The notes under the pieces were generated by a model, which worked only from the letters and a program-made list of their open reading frames with translations, did not search any database and was not told the DNA's origin. A stretch of 63,989 nucleotides of DNA, the filler included, from Perkinsus olseni (lineage: Eukaryota): the NCBI GenBank assembly GCA_013115125.1. It is 3 parts of 3 records of this genome, joined end to end, with 100 filler letters (N's around TTAATTAATTAA, not from the genome) between each part and the next. Parts side by side here need not be neighbours in the genome. Positions count along the whole stretch, not along the records: positions 1 to 22,021 come from JABANN010000550.1; 2 more parts are not named here. One strand, 5' to 3'. Shown one piece after another: positions 11,871 to 22,121 of this stretch; the first letter of the stretch is position 1; every line of letters begins with the position of its first letter. A program made the translations under genes and the position numbers.

Positions 11871-13885
11871 TCTTGTTGCGACCAGTGATGAGTCAGTGAG
11901 GGATTAGCGTACCCCCGGTCATTCGTCATCAGTTAAATATATACCACACTTCTCCTACCTCCTAACCCTGCTGGCTGACATCATCCAACTGAACTCAAGG
12001 CCCGCTTTCCGGAGGACCTCGTTACATCAATAACAACACTACAATGTTCCGATTCGAAAATGGTCAACCCCCTAAGTTTTGGCCGCGGGCGAGTCGAGCG
12101 TCGTAATTTCTCGCCAATTTCGCACTCTCATTGAGTCCTACACATCCTCGTCCCCGCCGCAACTGGATCCCCGAACCGTGGACCCCAAGGCCAGAAGGCC
12201 GTGACAATCAGGCAGGCAACTCAACAATCGACACGCCCGCTACGAAAGTTGATATTGTCTGAGCCCATCAAGTCGTCACCCACCCGAACTCCCATGAAGC
12301 TGAGTCAATTCAATTGTCACACCCAGACTCCACGATAGGCCTCACTCAGCTGGACTAGGGCGTTCCGTTGCCAACCGGCACGCCAGTGGCCAGCACTTGA
12401 TAAATTCCGGTGCGAGAAGGCGTTCTTAATGATCGCAGCATCACCCTGCATTCCCGCGAGCAATGACAGCGTCTGGCGCGACCTTGACGTCTCTTCGATC
12501 AATGTCAGAGTTGAATGCTGCTCATCAGATCTTCCTCGCCTGACCAACTATCGTGGGTGCTGTACCGATAGTGGATGGAAATCAGCAACTAGCAGCTCTT
12601 CCGGAACTAATAAGACTGTAGTTGCTGCGCACCAGACCGAAGTGGCAATTGATACCGCGTGTATCGGAAACACGATGGCAACGGGTACGAAAGGCCTTAG
12701 AAGACATCCCAACAACCTTCAGATTACCATGGCAGCACAAGGCAGAGAGTGAGGCATGACGTCCCTGCAGGGGCCACCAAAGGGCCACCCAAAACATCTC
12801 GTCGCCACGATAGGCGTAGTACTCGTACTAGCAACACGCTACTGCTACTATTACCGCACAATAACAGAGATTAGAAAAATATGCCGATCGAGTTGTGGAA
12901 AGGGTCCTGGAGTGAGAACGGGACAGGCCTCCCATTGCCACCTAGTAATTATAATTTTTGAAAATTGACAGCCCTCAACCTCTCCGAATCACCTAGGACC
13001 GAGACTCTCTGACACAGTATGAGTCAGACCGCAGCGCCCGCCCGAAGGCTACAACGGAGATGTCCCCAGTTTGCCCATCTTCTCACCTGATACTCACTAG
13101 CAGCCTGATTACGATACTATGATCGAGCGAAGGCTCTGTAAGACCCCGCCGTCATCATTACCAGTCAGCGCCCTATAACGGGTTGGCTTGTTCCATAGCC
13201 AATCAAAACCTTCCGGCAGCTTGCTGGAACTCACCGGGTGCCAGCTAGTGGCTTTAACGAGCGATGAGGCTAGTATCGCTAAGCGGCAGTAAGGATGCTC
13301 TTTGAATGCATCAATAAAAGGAGAATCTTTGCATGCTGCGAGGGTGGTGGCTGGACGAAGGGCTGAGCTCTTTACACTACAACTAGCGACCAGAAGCAGC
13401 CTACAGTTCGAACCCGCCGTAATTCAATAAAGTATTTCCGAAAGCCAGAATCGATTCCAGGATTCATTCTTACACGTCAAATTGCGGGTCCGTAAGTTTC
13501 ACAATTGGTTTGTCGGTTTAACGGCCTCTTAGTCGAGTTGTCAGCAGGGATGGGGTTGATAACCGGCGAAAGTGATAGTGGACGTCGTAGAAGCAATCCA
13601 GATACAGAACCTGCTACCACTCACGGGCCTCGACGGAGCACCGCCGAGAGGAACTTGAGTGCGAAGATGCGCTGTACGTGTGATGGTACCAGCTTCCCTT
13701 GGCGAATGCGCTCGCCCTGGCCAGCTATACCATATGTATTATATGATATAATTTATATCAGACTGAGTCTCGTATGTACCTCTCGATTACCATTGTTCTC
13801 TTATGTTTCTCTAAGGGACAGTCTTCCCCTTTGCTCTCTGTGCGCTCGCCCATTTATACGCACGCGCATAGTTTATCGCCCCTGA

Positions 13886-14334
13886 GGGGGGTGAATTGCA
13901 GAAATCTAAGGAGAATGTTATTTTCCTAAGGAAGAAATCTCGCCCGCCCGAAAATACGCCGGAACGTCGTGCCGCACGCGCGCGCACAAGAGAGCGACTA
14001 AAAGTTACTTCGGCTGGTAGGCGTTAAAAATGAAAAAACCAAGACCTAGTGGAGTACAGACCGTAACCCCCGTGAACCCGAAACCCGACTCAGGTCGCCC
14101 TTCGGGCGACCATCACCTCAAACCCGTAGGCTGCGGCGTGTAAGAGGTGGTAGTTACGCGCGGGAAGCGTCCTTAGAAAAGTGCAAAATCTCCTTAGGAA
14201 GGTGCAAAACCTCCTTAGGAAGGTGCAAAGTCTCCTTAGAAAAGTGCAAAGTCTCCTTAGAAAAGTGCCGAGGGCGAGCGAGATTTCTTCCTTAGGAAAA
14301 TGACATTCTCCTTAGGAAAATGATTTTAATCCCC
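13886..14334. mobile_element. Non-autonomous DNA transposon (MITE), PIF/Harbinger-like
   Basis: Imperfect ~65-bp TIRs: left GGGGGG...CTAAGGAGAATGTTATTTTCCTAAGGAAGAAATCTCGCCCGCCC; right (reverse complement) GGGG...CTAAGGAGAATGTCATTTTCCTAAGGAAGAAATCTCGCTCGCCC. A 3-bp TGA duplication flanks it at 13883-13885 and 14335-14337. No ORF. Confidence 0.8.
14170..14268 (+). repeat. Subterminal 21-bp tandem array (~4.7 copies) inside the MITE
   Basis: TCCTTAGRAARGTGCAAARYC starts at 14170, 14191, 14212, 14233 and 14254. The CCTTAGGAA core also recurs in the TIRs. Confidence 0.9.
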
Positions 14335-14635
14335 TGAGGGGCGGCCCCTCAGCTTAGGCCAGAAGAGGCTTCGGAAAGCTTCCTAAGGCAGCGCTCCTAA
14401 GAGACTCTGTGCTATTGTCTCTGTATTCCATCAGCAGTGGCTTGTTGGAAGGTTCACGTCGGCATGGACCGAGGGTTAGCATAAGCGAGAGATATCCGAG
14501 CTCAATATCACTGTTGTGTTCTGATTCACGTTGACCCGTGAGACCGTTGGCGAGGATCCCCTCAAGGCTAACGGTGGGGAGAATCCTCACGTAAGGGCAC
14601 TGGTTGTGCTCGAGGACACTCTCCCTCCCTCACAT

Positions 14636-14645
14636 TGGTAGCAGC
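14636..14645 (+). promoter_or_regulatory. Primer-binding site (initiator tRNA-Met) of the LTR retrotransposon; putative 5' LTR ends at CA 14633-14634
   Basis: ...CACA-T-TGGTAGCAGC places a canonical LTR-terminal CA before TGGTAGCAG, complementary to the iMet tRNA 3' end, about 350 nt upstream of the MVLTRS start. Confidence 0.65.
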
Positions 14646-14994
14646 TCCTTGTTCTCTCCAAGGGTACCTAGCGGGCTGTGCGATACCGCAGTGGCATTCT
14701 TTCAACGTTGAGGATTCTTAAGTCTGTAAGTGCGCGGGACATTGTGTCTGCGTGCAGCTAGCGTGCTTTGCGCGTTGGTGAGGTTTTGAAGCTGTGTGTT
14801 GCGGTATATTGCTGCAGCTGTTGGACTGTTGCGGTAGCTAGGTTTACCTAAACTCTGGACCGCTACAGAGTTCCTGGTTCACTAACTGCACTGTTGAGGT
14901 TCGCAACTGACGTCTAGTTACGGTGCACGCACGTTACGTTGGTCAAAAGGTAGCTTGTATATCCAGTAGTTCAGACCTTGAGTTGACAGTAGTC

Positions 14995-17900
14995 ATGGTT
15001 CTAACGCGAAGTGGAGTACGTAGTGAGGCCTCTCACATATCAGAGGGTGTTCGCCGTTCTCCGAGACTTATTCACAAGTGCACTGAGGATACGTCACGCG
15101 TCAGTACAAGGCAGGGTCCGTCGGTTCGATCAACTAATACTTGGGGTTGTAAGGCTCGCGGTATCAACGCAGTCGGCCGTGGCAAGGGTTCGGTTGTGGT
15201 TACACCATCCACAACTTCTATTCCTTCGGGTAATAGTGCCGTCCCTACTCGCCCACGCGCTCATTCTACCGGGATCGATCCGACCTGTGATCGGGATTCT
15301 CTAGAGTGTCCTGGAACAGTATCTGTATGCGGTCCACGTGATGTAGTAGATCGTAGAAGGTTAAGGTCCGTAGACAGTAGGGCGTTGTCTGTGACGAAAC
15401 AGGTTCCCGGAGTGAGGAAAGCCGGAAATAAGGTACGTCCTTCGCCGAAGAGTAGTATGAAGGTTGCGAAGGGGCGTAGGAAGGTCGAGTTACCACAAGG
15501 TACTAAGGATATTGGTGGAGGTTCTGGGGATAATGGTGGATGTGACGGTACTTCTGAGGGTATTGGCTATGACGATATGGGGCATAGGGAAGTGGGTCCT
15601 ATGATCTTCGACCCGCCCTTGGGAGAAGGAGAACCTCAAGAGGGAAAGGCTTATAGCGTAATAGTGCAAGGGTCGCTTCCTTGCGGGGAGGGGGGTGTGA
15701 ATGTACGTGGTATGGAGCGTTGCGTTGGGGGTTGCATTTCTTCTCGTGCCGCGGTTGGTACTGAGGATTTGCAGGGTTCCAGCGTTGATGAACGCTACGA
15801 TGATTCTCAACCCCTAGGGAAGCGTTGTTACGGGGCGGACTCACAGGAGACGCTACCGGACAGCGTGGAACTGGCGATTCCTAAGGCGACAACCTGGGCT
15901 GATGTGGACCGGATGGCCCGTCAAGGCGGGAGCTGAGCCCCTCCGTGGAGAGTCGGGCAGCTGCGAGCGGCAACGCAGCAAAACCCTCCCTGTCTGGGTA
16001 AATACGCTCCTTTATATAGGTGCCAGGCAACCTTGCGGCAATGGTTGAAGTCCGTTGGGTGCGGGGAATCGGGACGGTTTGAGGTCACCAAGGGCCCACC
16101 GGATGGTCCGAAGGAACACGGGTTGAAACGCCTAGGTCCTGTGCCTCATGTTCAAGGGCCATCGCAAGAGGGATCTTTGAGTCTCACCTTAATGTCGACA
16201 ACGGGTGAGCAAATGGGTCGTCGTCATGTAAGAGATCACAGATGGTTGGATTATGACGATAGAGAAGTACTGTTACGACTATGCCTTATGGTTTGGTGGA
16301 GACTCGTCCTATGGGTATTACAGTCGTCTGGGTATCCAATGACAGTATCATCGCGGCCCTTGGCCAGGGTATGCGGGGATAAGGGTCAGTGGGGTACCAC
16401 CCACTCAGTAAGTCGGGGTATAGGAGGAAGGTGGATGAGGGATCCACTCGCTAGTGATGAATGCTATACCTCTTACTCTAACTGTGATCTCACCGGCAGT
16501 CATTATCCGGGTGATTGTCGACTGAGTCGACTATTCCGATAGGCCGGTAGGGGTTAGTAGTCCAGAACGCGCTCGGCTGGTCCCGGCTGACGTTCCTGAG
16601 GTAGGTGAGCAAGATGGTCATGGAATAAGCATGGCCACGGCCCCTATCCCGCCAAGTTCTTCAACTCCTGTAATTTATGAAATAGGTCTTGGGAAGGCTA
16701 TTCTAGACTCTGCATCTCAAGATTGCCCTAGAAATTGTACAGGGAATTCCGTTACCAGTCGCGGGGTACCTGTAGCTAGGGTGCCGGAGGTTAGGAGTGC
16801 TGACGCCGTAGAAATGGCATCGAGGGTAACCCTGCTCGAGTCCTGGGATGGGAATGGAGTTCAACTCTCCCCTTTGTACCGCTATGGTTATGTTGGTCAG
16901 TCCCCAAAATCTCTGGTGTCGTCAGAGGGTTCGTGCAGTGCCCCCTGTTCTCTCGGGAGGCGTATGGTTTCGCACTCGGGGGAGACATCTCTCACTGTCG
17001 GCGGTTCGACAGGAGGGTCCTTCGACCTTATCGCAGTTGAGGAGGGAAGGTTACGAATTTACTCTACGACAAAGGTGGATTATGCTGGTACTGGTTTGGC
17101 GCCTCTACCGTCGGGTTTCGGACGCCATTTAGGAGTCTCTGAGGGTAACCCTGCTCGGAGTTCGAGATGGGAATGGAGTGAAACTCTCCCCTTTGTACCC
17201 ACTTGGTTATGTTGGTCTGGTTCTCGATATGGGGAGGGACAGTATTCAGGGTATCCATCAGACCTGGAGAGTGGTCAGGTCGAAGGTTCGTTGGATTTAG
17301 CTGCGATTTCAGGGTCTTCGCTGTTGTCAGGTGTGAAAGGGTCGACAGTCAGCTCAGTTTGTGGAACCAAGCCGCGTGATGGTCTGGATCGGGAATCAGC
17401 CGAGGTCACACCACGCGTGGTGGAGGACTCATCGGGTATGGGTCGGGAAGAAGCCGATCACCAGCCACGAGGGTCGCGTATTCCTGGGGTTGACGTAGGC
17501 CTCGAAGGCCGGGGCAGGTTTAGAGGCTGTTGTGAAAGTACCCACACCGACAACATAAGGCAATGCCCTCCATCGGCGAGCTCAGGAGGAGGAGCTCATA
17601 TTCCCGAGCTGATGGTTCGCAGTGTAAGGTCCTTCGAGCTTGATTTAGGGAAGAGAGTCTCAGGAGAGGTTAGAGGAGTCGTAGAGTGCGTTGAGAGAAG
17701 TTGTGATGTTGAAGGCGTTGTTATGCCGGCAAATTGTACTAATGTCAGTCTGGTTCTGTTTCCCAACTTATCCAACTACGTATCATCAATGTCCATCGAG
17801 CCTGCTGATGCGCGTGGTTCCGACCACCAGGAGAAGGGTTCCAAGAGTACCTGCTCCAAGGATAGAGATATCATTGTGCATGAGGAGTTGTTTGGGGATA

Positions 17901-19109
17901 CCCTCAAGGGTAGAAGTGCTCCAGTAAGGGTTCTCAAACCTAATTCAGGTATTGATTCTAACGATAAAGCTAAAAAAGATAAAAAAGTAACAACTACGAG
18001 TGTTGATGGGATGGACTCAAGTTCAAGTTCTGTGACGTCGTATGAAGGTTCTGCTCGAGGAGGAAAGGGTCGCAAGGGCGATCATGGGCGTACATCTCGA
18101 ACAAGGTATGGAGACCGTGGAGGTAGGTCCAATATTGGCCCAATATTATTGGGTCTCAATCCAGGGTTAAGAGGAACGAAGGAGGTGGTAAGAGTGAGAC
18201 TAAGAGTAGAAGGTCTAAGGACTATTCGAGTGAGAGTAGTTCTACTGACTCGTCGAAGGGTGGACGACGTGCCCAACGAGGGCAACGTTCACGAAGAGAA
18301 CGTGAGGGTATTAGGAGAAGCCGGAAGAGGTCCTCTGACTCTAGCTCAAGAAGTCATCACTCCTTCACTAGAAGACGTAGAAATAATGGTTCGGATGGAA
18401 GTCCCTCGGGTAGTAGTAGTGGAGGTACAGGTCACTCGGATGCGTCCGGGAGACAACGATTGACGGGAGGTTCTACCTTTCGCCCAAGAAGGAGGGGCAG
18501 AGGCCAGACAGAGGTTTGTAGAGGTTGTGGTCATAGACGTTGCAAGAAGAGGTCGATTATCCTTGTTAAGGAGTTCGACACGGCTGAGCAGGTGGCCTTA
18601 AGGTTGAAGCCTTCGTATAGGTTGAGAGGTGGAGAAGATAAAAGGTCGGGTTCTGCTTGGTTGGAAGAGATGGAAGAAAAAACAGAGGGTCATCACTATG
18701 TGGTTAAGTACCTATGGTTGAAACATCATACGGAACCGCACTCCGGAACCGCACCGCACCGGGTAAGGTGACTAGAGGGGAGTATGCCCCGAGGAATTGT
18801 CAGAGCGAGTATGGATATTATCTGCGAAGAGTGAAGAAGGCCTTTCGCAAGCATTATGATACCAATGAACACCTTCAGAAGGTACAGAAGGAATTGGAGA
18901 ATTGTGTCCAAGGGAAGGATACAGTGGACCAATTCGTTAAGCAGTTGGATACCTTATCTACTGAGCTTTATTATTTGGGTGCTGCTCCTTTGGAGTATAG
19001 CCTGAAATGGAGGCTCTATGTGGGGTTAAATAGTGATAGACTGAGGGATAAGGTGGAAGATTATTTGGAGGATATTGGTCTGGATATTGGTCTGGATTAT
19101 CTCTTATGA
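14995..19109 (+). pseudogene. Frameshifted gag region with a very long low-complexity N-terminal extension
   Basis: Consecutive plus-strand frames (14995-15936, 16631-~18140, ~18148-18760, ~18760-19109) are rich in S/G/R/E and end in a retrotransposon capsid-like domain. Confidence 0.65.
16822..17220 (+). repeat. Diverged ~78-bp direct repeat (copies at 16822-16898 and 17141-17218) in the gag extension
   Basis: Both copies read GAGGGTAACCCTGCTCG...GATGGGAATGGAGT..AACTCTCCCCTTTGTACC....TGGTTATGTTGGTC. Confidence 0.85.
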
Positions 19110-21903
19110 GAAGTTTAAGAGGAAGGTGGTTGCTAAGGCCGCTAAGGTTAAGCAGATATCCAAGGTGACTCAGTTCGAAGGTCCCAGACCAAGTTATGGG
19201 GCTAGAGATGGTCGCTCTGGTTCAAGAGAGAGGTATGGCTCTAGAGAAGGGTATTCAGGCAGCAGGTTCCGCAACTCGTCAGTCCACTCAGTGGGTACCG
19301 AGGGAGCGGAGTCAGAAGCCGAGTTTGAGCCTAAGATGTTAATGGCTATGGGTAGAGATGCAGCAGAAATTAAATGTTTCCGGTGTCTGAAGATGGGTCA
19401 TTCCGCGCGCAACTGCAAAGCGGAGCAGCCCGCTGAGCTGGAATCTAGGTGTTTACGATGTGGGAGTGTGAGCCATGAATTGGATGATTGTCGGGTTAAC
19501 CTAGAGAGAGCGAAGTGTAACCGCTGTGGGTTCCCGGGACATTTGGCTTATACGTGTCGTACAACACCGACTGCTGCAAGAAGGAATGGTTCACCATCTC
19601 CCTCGAAGCCTAGGGTCCCTAACCCCAACGCTTCTGTTCACATGGTAGTCCGAGATAAGGGTAGTGGGTCACAGGATTCGTCAGGTGATTCACCAATAGA
19701 GGTGCATGGGTTACATGTGCCAATGGTTCTCGGTCGTGTGATACTAGAGGGGAGATCTACCACCGCTTTGTTTGACACAGGTGCGGAAGTATCTCTGGTT
19801 ACAGAGTCTATGTTGAAGGAGGTTGCTCCGGAGAAGAAGTTGGATACTTCCAATATTCCTAAGGTCAATGTGGCGGATGGTGCTACGCTCACGATACATG
19901 GTAGTGTTAAGCTGAAGGTTACCGCGGGTTCAAGGTCTGTAATAGACCACTTCGTGGTTACATCGGATAGCTTGACAGTTCCTTTGCTATTGGGGTGTTC
20001 GACACTCGCAAAGCTGAACACTACTATCGTGTTGAGTGAGGCTGGTTCTAAGGTGCAGACTAATGATCAGTCTGCTGGTAATAGGGTTCCGTCAAGGGTC
20101 AGGTTCTCAGACGAAGTCAAGTACCTTAGGTCAGTGGCACCTATTAAATCTTCCCCTCCGGAGGAGAGTACTAGGTTGCAATATCAGGTATCTTTGATAG
20201 TAAGTCTGGTTAGGGAGAGTGACCCAAGATTGACGTGCCCTACGGTTGAGGAGTTGCAAGATGGTAACTCTCCATGGTTCTCTGCGATTAGGCCAGATGC
20301 TATTGGTCACCCAACAACTCAAGGATTCTCGATTAATAATTGTGGTTGCCAAGGGGAAGGTAACACTTCCGATCAACAAGAGCCTACTAACGGTGAGGGT
20401 AACCCCCAAGCCGAAGGTCAAAAAATTGATCACCGCGGGCAACACAAACGAGGATCTGATGAAGAGGTTGAAGAGGGTGATGACCGCGGGCAACGCGAAC
20501 AAGAACCTGAGGGTCTAGACTCGTTGCCACCGTGGAAGGTTATACCTCGAGAATGGGTGTATGACCATAGTGCTGTTCTGGGTCGACCTATCGTGGAAAT
20601 TCCATGGAGTGGTAATGCAAGGCCGGATTTCAACTACAAGCAGGCGGCAAATAGAGGTGCTGCTTCGGTAAGGAGGTTGAATGAAAGCCAAAGACAGGCC
20701 TTTGAGAAAGCTTTGGGTGTTTATGTCAACAAGGGTTTCTGCGGCATTGTTAAGAATAATTTGGAGGGTAATTGTGTGAGGTCCCCAACTGCTACGGAGT
20801 GTCAGAGGACTTGGGATCTATTATCCAAGGGTAGTGCACTCCAGGGTACCGTGGTTACCTTACCAAAACACTTTACGCCGTCACATGCTGTCTTCCGTAC
20901 TGATCATGTGACTACCCCATGCCGCATCGTATTGGACTTCCGCGAGATGAATAAATTTTGTCTCAAGGGAGGTCGCACCCAAGGTGATCTGCTAGGCGTC
21001 TTATTGCATACTAGAGGTTATCGCCACTTAATAGGGTCAGATGTCTCGAAGGCATTTTGCCAGATGGTAACATCTTTGGTGGATACCCCCTATTGTTCCT
21101 ATACATGTATAGGCCCTTATACGGTTCTGTGGTTGAGGGTTTCCTTTGGTAGTACCACAGCACCAAATATGTTGGAGGCGTGCAGTTACGATGTTATTGA
21201 GGAGATTGTCGGTATCAAGAATTCTCTACGCCCAGGTAATGAGGAGGTGGTGGACGCAAGAAGGTTAGATCCGGTTAGGGTTTCTGACTGTCTGGTAAGG
21301 CCGTCGCCCCTAGCGGTGAAATATACTCGAGCGGGTCCTCCGGTTCCTAGGGTAATACAGTTCGAGAAGTTCGTTGATGATCTGTATTTCGGTGGTAATA
21401 CCGATCGTGAGGCTCGAACTGGTAGGGATTTCGTCTCCTACGTATTCTGTGGTCATGGGTTGTGTACCGATCCGTTAAAAGATCTAGAGACGGCTCATGG
21501 TGGACGGAAGGAGAAGAGTGATGGTACGGCAAATGCTCCTGGTCATCTCCTAGGTTATGAGGTGATCACTGAGGTCGACGAGTTGCACTCCGTGTGTTCC
21601 GGTACTCCGCCGGATGGTAAGTTTGACAAGAGGCGAGCGTGCGGTATTCTATCCTCTTTGTACGATCCTATGGGGTTGTTACTGGAGGTAGATATGCAGG
21701 GTCGCTTCCTATGGAGAGACATTTGCAAGGTCGCCAAGGACTGGTCCGAAGTGTTAAAGGACAAGGAGTTGTTAGAAAGGTTACGGAGGTGGTTGTTCGA
21801 CGCTCAAAGGCAGTGTGCTGGCATGGGTACACAGCGGTTTGTAGACCTCCATAACGAGTCCTTGGTGGTGAGCACGGATGCATCTAGCACCACTCGCAGC
21901 TGA
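19075..21903 (+). CDS. Retrotransposon Gag(NC)-protease-RT-RNaseH polyprotein fragment (942 aa)
   Basis: Motifs CFRCLKMGHSARNC, CLRCGSVSHELDDC, CNRCGFPGHLAYTC, DTGA, FVDD, YDPMG and TDAS. Confidence 0.9.
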   Translation: MVWILVWIISYEKFKRKVVAKAAKVKQISKVTQFEGPRPSYGARDGRSGSRERYGSREGYSGSRFRNSSVHSVGTEGAESEAEFEPKMLMAMGRDAAEIKCFRCLKMGHSARNCKAEQPAELESRCLRCGSVSHELDDCRVNLERAKCNRCGFPGHLAYTCRTTPTAARRNGSPSPSKPRVPNPNASVHMVVRDKGSGSQDSSGDSPIEVHGLHVPMVLGRVILEGRSTTALFDTGAEVSLVTESMLKEVAPEKKLDTSNIPKVNVADGATLTIHGSVKLKVTAGSRSVIDHFVVTSDSLTVPLLLGCSTLAKLNTTIVLSEAGSKVQTNDQSAGNRVPSRVRFSDEVKYLRSVAPIKSSPPEESTRLQYQVSLIVSLVRESDPRLTCPTVEELQDGNSPWFSAIRPDAIGHPTTQGFSINNCGCQGEGNTSDQQEPTNGEGNPQAEGQKIDHRGQHKRGSDEEVEEGDDRGQREQEPEGLDSLPPWKVIPREWVYDHSAVLGRPIVEIPWSGNARPDFNYKQAANRGAASVRRLNESQRQAFEKALGVYVNKGFCGIVKNNLEGNCVRSPTATECQRTWDLLSKGSALQGTVVTLPKHFTPSHAVFRTDHVTTPCRIVLDFREMNKFCLKGGRTQGDLLGVLLHTRGYRHLIGSDVSKAFCQMVTSLVDTPYCSYTCIGPYTVLWLRVSFGSTTAPNMLEACSYDVIEEIVGIKNSLRPGNEEVVDARRLDPVRVSDCLVRPSPLAVKYTRAGPPVPRVIQFEKFVDDLYFGGNTDREARTGRDFVSYVFCGHGLCTDPLKDLETAHGGRKEKSDGTANAPGHLLGYEVITEVDELHSVCSGTPPDGKFDKRRACGILSSLYDPMGLLLEVDMQGRFLWRDICKVAKDWSEVLKDKELLERLRRWLFDAQRQCAGMGTQRFVDLHNESLVVSTDASSTTRS

Positions 21904-22021
21904 GCCGCTAGACATGCAACGTAAGGGCAGGAGGTGGTGGACTGCGATAGAGTCCGTTTCAACCGGCTCTCCGCTTTGCCATCTACAGTCAGCAGAGCAT
22001 AGCACGAGCGAACATCTCAGT

Positions 22022-22121
22022 NNNNNNNNNNNNNNNNNNNNNNNNNNNNNNNNNNNNNNNNNNNNTTAATTAATTAANNNNNNNNNNNNNNNNNNNNNNN
22101 NNNNNNNNNNNNNNNNNNNNN
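22022..22121. other. Assembly gap with artificial TTAATTAATTAA linker (22066-22077)
   Basis: An N-run interrupted by an all-frame-stop 12-mer, identical to the one at 44109-44120. Confidence 0.95.

Larger units (their letters stand above)
14338..21890 (+). mobile_element. Decayed, 3'-truncated LTR retrotransposon with BEL/Pao-type pol; 5' boundary uncertain
   Basis: Contains a PBS, a Gag start MVLTRSG at 14995, a capsid-like region (ELENCVQGKDTVDQFVKQLDTL), three CX2CX4HX4C knuckles and protease LFDTGAEVS. RT motifs are RIVLD, DVSKAFCQM, RVSFGSTTAP and FVDD, followed by the Pao motif ILSSLYDPMGLL and the RNase H start VVSTDAS. Integrase and the 3' LTR are missing. Confidence 0.9.

Noticed and set aside
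14170-14268. 21-bp repeat array as a possible CRISPR array or iteron set
   Set aside because: The units are contiguous with no unique spacers, there are no cas genes, the context is eukaryotic, and the array lies inside TIRs.
18148-18463. Val/Leu/Arg-rich C-terminus of the 610-aa ORF as a real domain
   Set aside because: It is out-of-frame read-through after the 11-nt duplication. The alternative Ser/Arg-rich frame continues into gag.
19070-19109. Programmed gag-pol frameshift
   Set aside because: The shift falls between capsid and zinc knuckles rather than after Gag, lacks a clear slippery heptamer, and coincides with a duplication scar.
22066-22077. TTAATTAATTAA within N-runs (also 44109-44120) as a biological motif
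   Set aside because: An identical all-frame-stop linker centred in 100-nt gaps is a scaffolding artefact.
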